Part shown: positions 60,056 to 64,000 of the stretch, in pieces
Position numbering within the stretch: position 1 is the first letter of the stretch
Layout of the letters: each line of letters starts with the position of its first letter
NCBI GenBank assembly: GCA_965226385.1
Contig: OZ245359.1
Span: forward strand, 2,057,116-2,121,115
Length of the DNA: 64,000 nucleotides
Reading direction: 5' to 3'
Source of the DNA: Bryobacterales bacterium
GTDB taxonomy: Bacteria; Acidobacteriota; Terriglobia; Bryobacterales; UBA6623
The notes under the pieces: model-generated
Database searches by the model: none
What the model was told of the DNA's origin: nothing
What the model saw: the letters and a program-made list of their open reading frames with translations, nothing else
Position numbers and translations under genes: made by a program

Positions 60056-60522
60056 AAAGACTTCACTGCTTTACCTCCTGCTTGTAAACCAAAGTTTCTG
60101 CCCATAGATCCCGCCGTCCTTTCAACCGACAATCCATGGGTTAAAAGTTTTTGGGCTCACCGAAGCCGGTTCCCGGCTTGCGGCTTTCCAGCGGACCAAC
60201 TGCCTCCTTCTTCTGGCTTCGCTTCCACGAACCCTGGCGAATGCTCTCGAACATCAAGAGCGCTCGCCAGGGACCGCTGAATTCCTTTTTTATCTACCGG
60301 GCCACATAAATTTCTGCGGCGGCCCCACCGTCGCCTGGCGTGATGTGCCTGGCGGAGATCATGTTGCGCAACCACTCGGCTTCGTATGGGTCGGTGTCGT
60401 GGTAGTAGGCGAGCATGTCGTTTGGGGCGGTTCAGGCACACAATGGTGCATTTTCATCCCACTCAAGGGGCCGTAAGTCGTTGATAATTCAATGTCATCC
60501 TGTATGACAATTTGATTTCATT

Positions 60523-60580
60523 GGACTTAAAATCCGTTGTCCGCAAGGATGTGTGGGTTCGAGTCCCACCTCGGGTACCA
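60523..60580 (+). repeat. Direct repeat of the 3' 58 nt of tRNA-Leu (attR-like)
   Basis: GGACTTAAAATCCGTTGTCCGCAAGGATGTGTGGGTTCGAGTCCCACCTCGGGTACCA matches 57748-57805 with 2 mismatches. It lacks the 5' half of the tRNA. Confidence 0.9.
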
Positions 60581-60776
60581 ACATTAACACTGCGTTGTCA
60601 ACTGTGAAATAGCTGCACCGAGTTGATCTTTCGTCAGCTCCATCATCATTCAAGAAGCTTGTATTTGTCCTTCTTGTTCTGTTGGCATAACTTCTTTCAA
60701 GCAAAAAACACGATCATCACAATCCATTCAGGACTTGTAAGCAACCATTGAATATCAATGGCTGTCTGTAGCCCGT

Positions 60777-61748
60777 TCACACGGAATCTGTTGCTGCGTT
60801 GCTATACAAGTGATGAGTCAGGGCAGCATCCACCCCCTCGTCCGCATGATAGGAACTGCGTACCAGTGGGCCTGCTTCCACATGTGAGAATCCCAGTCTT
60901 TCACCAAACTGCCTGAATGACTCAAACTCTTCAGGGGTGTAGAACTTCTGGATTGCCAGATGATCCGGCGACGGCCGCAGGTATTGACCAATCGTCACAA
61001 TACCCACATCATGGTCTCGCAAGTCCTGGAGTGTCTCCTGGACCTCACTCGCTGTCTCACCAAGCCCCAACATGATGCCAGATTTGGTTGGTCTCGCCTC
61101 GCGTTTCTGCTTGGCGTATTGCAACATGAAAAGTGAACGCTGGTAATCCGAACCGATTCGCACGGTGCGATAGAGCCTTGGCACTGTCTCAATGTTGTGA
61201 TTCAGAACATCCGGGTCAGCCTTCAGGACAATATCCATGGCTTGAGTGGAACCCTGGAAATCCGGCACAAGCAGTTCGACCCGGCACTCTGGCACAAGCT
61301 CCCGAATGGCCAGGACAGTTTGAGCAAACAACTCCGCTCCACCATCAGTCCGGTCATCCCTGTTAACACTGGTAATCACAGCATGACGCAGACCCATGCG
61401 TAACACAGCAGCAGCGACTCGTCGTGGCTCGTCATCATCAGCTGGGCCGGGTGCGCCCTTCTGTACTGCACAAAACCCACATCGACGTGTGCACACATTG
61501 CCTAGGATCATAAACGTCGCACTTAGACGATTCCAGCAATCCCCAATGTTGGGGCATGCCGCACTCTCACAAACTGTATGGAGTCCCAGTTCTGTTACCA
61601 GATCCTTCAGGCGGGTGTAGTTACTGCCCGTGGCTGCTGGAGCCATTAGCCAGCGAGGTCTGGGCCCCGCCGGGTTCTCAACCGGCCTGGCTTGGGCAGG
61701 AACAATTGGCTTGACCCGCAGTGATTGAATGTCGACGTACCCTTTCAT
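60777..61748 (-). CDS. lipA: Lipoyl synthase
   Basis: CESAACPNIGDCW and the CTRRCGFC radical-SAM cluster motifs; 323 aa. Confidence 0.92.
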   Translation of the reverse strand: MKGYVDIQSLRVKPIVPAQARPVENPAGPRPRWLMAPAATGSNYTRLKDLVTELGLHTVCESAACPNIGDCWNRLSATFMILGNVCTRRCGFCAVQKGAPGPADDDEPRRVAAAVLRMGLRHAVITSVNRDDRTDGGAELFAQTVLAIRELVPECRVELLVPDFQGSTQAMDIVLKADPDVLNHNIETVPRLYRTVRIGSDYQRSLFMLQYAKQKREARPTKSGIMLGLGETASEVQETLQDLRDHDVGIVTIGQYLRPSPDHLAIQKFYTPEEFESFRQFGERLGFSHVEAGPLVRSSYHADEGVDAALTHHLYSNAATDSV

Positions 61749-61928
61749 GACTGTTTCACTTCAAGCTGCTCTCAGACAGTAATTCAAGCCCCGTGCAAGA
61801 ATCCTACTGCTCGCACACTGCAAAAGAGGACTTCGGACATTAATGCGCACATACTGCAGGTTCTAATCATCCGCCTTCATGATGCAATATCCAGGCCCTG
61901 ATTTCAGTCAGGTGCCGATTGAATCAGA

Positions 61929-62576
61929 CTATTCCTGGCTTGTCAGGAGCCTGTGAACGCCAGCAGCGAGCAAGCCACCAAGCGGGCAGGCCAGGAAGTA
62001 GATCCAGAGTGAGGAGATTCCAGCCGGGTGATTACCCAACAATGCCGGACCCAGCGAACGAGCCGGATTGAGCGACGCTCCGGTCAGGGGTCCACCCATC
62101 ATGATGCAAGCAGCCAAAGTCAGGCCAATTGCAACCGGTGCAAGATTTCCTGCCCTGCCACTTACTGCCGAATGATAGATCGAGTTAACCAGCAGGAACG
62201 TCATAAAGAGTTCAAGCACGAATGCCTGCCCGTTACCAATACCTGACGCGGGGACTGTGGCTCCAAGTGCGCCTGCATGAGCACCCAGGACATAGGACAG
62301 CGCAGAAGCTCCGAGAATGCCTCCCAGCAGCTGGACAATTATGTAACCGACAGCTTTTCCCGCCTTGATCTGGCCTCCGGCCAGGAGTCCGATCGTAACT
62401 GCAGGATTAATGTGAGTTCCCGAAATATTCCCATAAGCATAGGCAAACGCCATCACAGTCAAGCCGTGGGCCAGTGCAATTGCTACGAGGCTGTCACTGA
62501 CTGCCGCAGCACCCGCACCGATGAATATCAGGGAGAAAGTTCCAATAAACTCTGCAATAAGCTCTTTTTTCTGCAT
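61929..62576 (-). CDS. aqpZ: Aquaporin (MIP family)
   Basis: Two NPA boxes (HINPAVT, SLNPARS) and six TM segments; 215 aa. Confidence 0.88.
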   Translation of the reverse strand: MQKKELIAEFIGTFSLIFIGAGAAAVSDSLVAIALAHGLTVMAFAYAYGNISGTHINPAVTIGLLAGGQIKAGKAVGYIIVQLLGGILGASALSYVLGAHAGALGATVPASGIGNGQAFVLELFMTFLLVNSIYHSAVSGRAGNLAPVAIGLTLAACIMMGGPLTGASLNPARSLGPALLGNHPAGISSLWIYFLACPLGGLLAAGVHRLLTSQE

Positions 62577-62738
62577 TATTTGTCTCTTTTTCTTTCAAGT
62601 TCACGGGCAAGGTGCCCAATTGAGAATGCATTGTAACATCGCGGTTACCCTATCCCCCGGGAACGGTTTTTTTATACTCATAAGCACGAAGGAGCTTGCG
62701 TTGCAGCATCTTGGTGCATCCACAAGCCATTTCATACT

Positions 62739-64000
62739 ATGACCATCTCAGGTTCAGCTGATCAGGATCTGGAGCAATTCCTCGACCCGGGGTTTCTCGA
62801 CATAGACCAGGTCATCAATGCAATTGAATATGAATTCGTTGTCAAGGAAGGATTTTTCAGTTCATCCGGGTTGGAATTGCGCAAGTGCGCACAAGAGAAC
62901 AGGAAGCTTGCCATTGCAATCAATGGTGGTGGTGCAGCTGGTGCATACAGTGCTGGCCTGCTTGAAGTCCTGTTGGATCGACTAGCCAAACGAGGAGTCA
63001 ATGTTGACCTGCTGGTCGGTTGTTCCTCCGGAGCACTGAACTGCTACGGAGTCTTTCTGCAAACCCTGCAGAAGAACAATCCGCAATTTGATAACGAGCC
63101 AACCATCCAGCAGCCATATAACAGCTACATCGCATCGTTTTGGTCATACCTCGACCAGGACAACAGGGCTTCCCGATGGGTTGTTGGCAGACGTTCCTGG
63201 ATCATCAACCTGCTATCCAAGGGCCTCCCATCCTATTGGCACAAACTCGTGATTGCCTTGTTGTTGCTGGTGCTTTTCGTATTGTTGAGTCCCTACCTTG
63301 TGGTAGCTATTTTGTTAGCTACCCAGCCCGATAACTCACTGGCCAGCCAGTGGGGGCAGGCAGATCAGCTTTCACAAGCGGTACTGATACTGTTTGGTGT
63401 CAGCCTGTTCATTACGCTTTCATTGTGCATCCTGGCCTGGTTTATCGTACGTAGTTTCGAGTTCGCGCTGTTCAGTGATGTTCCGCTACTGCGGCTGTTG
63501 GGGAACACTGGACCGAAAGGTGACTTCAAGAATTACTCCAAGCTGCCACGCCGGTCACTGGTGCTAGACCGGGCACGCGTAGTCAGCCGCGATCTCGTAG
63601 CCTCATGGTATGAAAAGCAGGATTCCCGGCAAGAGCTCATCGTTACTGCAACAGATATTACTTCCGGAAAAGAGTGCTTGTTTACACTCTGCCGTCCCGA
63701 GACCTACAAGAAACTGCTTCTCAGGGAGTGGATGGCCGTCCAGTTCAATTCAGACACTGACGGGTCAAAGCAGTACCGGTCCATACCAGGGAGCCTGTTT
63801 ACCTTGCCGGAAAACCTGCTTCGTACAATCGTCGCATCCGCTTCAGTGCCAGGGGCGTTCCCAACACAGAAGATCAACCTCTACGGACCCAGCAGTCGCC
63901 AGGCCGTCCATCATCACTACGTTGATGGAGGCGTACTGAACAACAGCCCTATTCATATCGCGATAGATGCAGGGGCAACCATGTCATTTCACTGGAAATA
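62739..64000 (+). CDS. Patatin-like phospholipase (3' end off-window)
   Basis: The ATG at 62739 opens a frame that stays open to the window end. It is absent from the ORF track because it has no stop. It has INGGGAAGAY (oxyanion), GCSSG (GxSxG), ASASVPGAFP and DGGVLNNSP (catalytic Asp). Confidence 0.8.
   Translation, partial: MTISGSADQDLEQFLDPGFLDIDQVINAIEYEFVVKEGFFSSSGLELRKCAQENRKLAIAINGGGAAGAYSAGLLEVLLDRLAKRGVNVDLLVGCSSGALNCYGVFLQTLQKNNPQFDNEPTIQQPYNSYIASFWSYLDQDNRASRWVVGRRSWIINLLSKGLPSYWHKLVIALLLLVLFVLLSPYLVVAILLATQPDNSLASQWGQADQLSQAVLILFGVSLFITLSLCILAWFIVRSFEFALFSDVPLLRLLGNTGPKGDFKNYSKLPRRSLVLDRARVVSRDLVASWYEKQDSRQELIVTATDITSGKECLFTLCRPETYKKLLLREWMAVQFNSDTDGSKQYRSIPGSLFTLPENLLRTIVASASVPGAFPTQKINLYGPSSRQAVHHHYVDGGVLNNSPIHIAIDAGATMSFHWK

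Noticed and set aside
58321-60485. Recurring GGCCGTAA(G/A) motif near several block junctions (44997, 58323, 60467; related GGCCGTAC at 33923)
   Set aside because: It is only 8 nt long, and a few occurrences are expected by chance in 128 kb of two-strand sequence. The flanking bases do not align convincingly.

Overview
This 64-kb window is a mosaic. The backbone has moderately low GC, judged by eye, and looks Planctomycetota/PVC-like. That call rests on a PSCyt/DUF1549/DUF1553 plus DUF1501 gene pair, sulfatases, DUF1080, a Tat-signal Gfo/Idh/MocA oxidoreductase and a T2SS-like pseudopilus cluster. The backbone carries housekeeping genes: trpB, pncB, coaX, birA, yceD-rpmF-plsX, tRNA-Leu(UAA), lipA and aqpZ. 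It is interrupted by several visibly GC-richer blocks, and each block is bounded by insertion-sequence debris. The most interesting content is a set of IS607-family TnpA/TnpB elements and their guide-RNA (omega-RNA) right ends. Copy 1 (1-2058) has an apparently intact serine recombinase tnpA, but its tnpB is destroyed and its right-end scaffold is intact. Copy 2 (~41995-43851) has tnpA killed by a nonsense codon, while tnpB (401 aa, with RuvC D/E/D and zinc-ribbon motifs) and its scaffold are intact. A third, orphan ~85-nt copy of the same scaffold (33694-33777) lies at the edge of a GC-rich insertion that splits the T2SS-like operon. Copy 1 is itself inserted into the tail of an older, diverged tnpB. 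Other mobile DNA includes a complete IS1634/IS4-like element with 12-bp terminal repeats and a 4-bp TTGA duplication inside an FAH-family gene. There are also two further IS1634-like fragments and an IS1595-like shell with perfect 25-bp inverted repeats. Finally, a degenerate tRNA-Leu island is bounded by a 58-bp direct repeat and holds a truncated tyrosine integrase and a truncated IS110-family recombinase. A ~7.7-kb GC-rich block splits a ydjC-like gene, and most of its genes carry a single lesion each: in-frame TAG or TGA codons, one G-run frameshift, and truncations. Cargo that appears intact includes a czcCBA-type heavy-metal RND efflux operon, a D-aminoacylase, and a Gfo/Idh/MocA plus DUF1080 pair. 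I found no rRNA genes and no CRISPR array. Limits: I ran no homology or covariance searches. GC shifts were judged by eye. The left end of the IS607 element cannot be fixed because only one left end is in the window. All RNA calls other than the tRNA are inferences.
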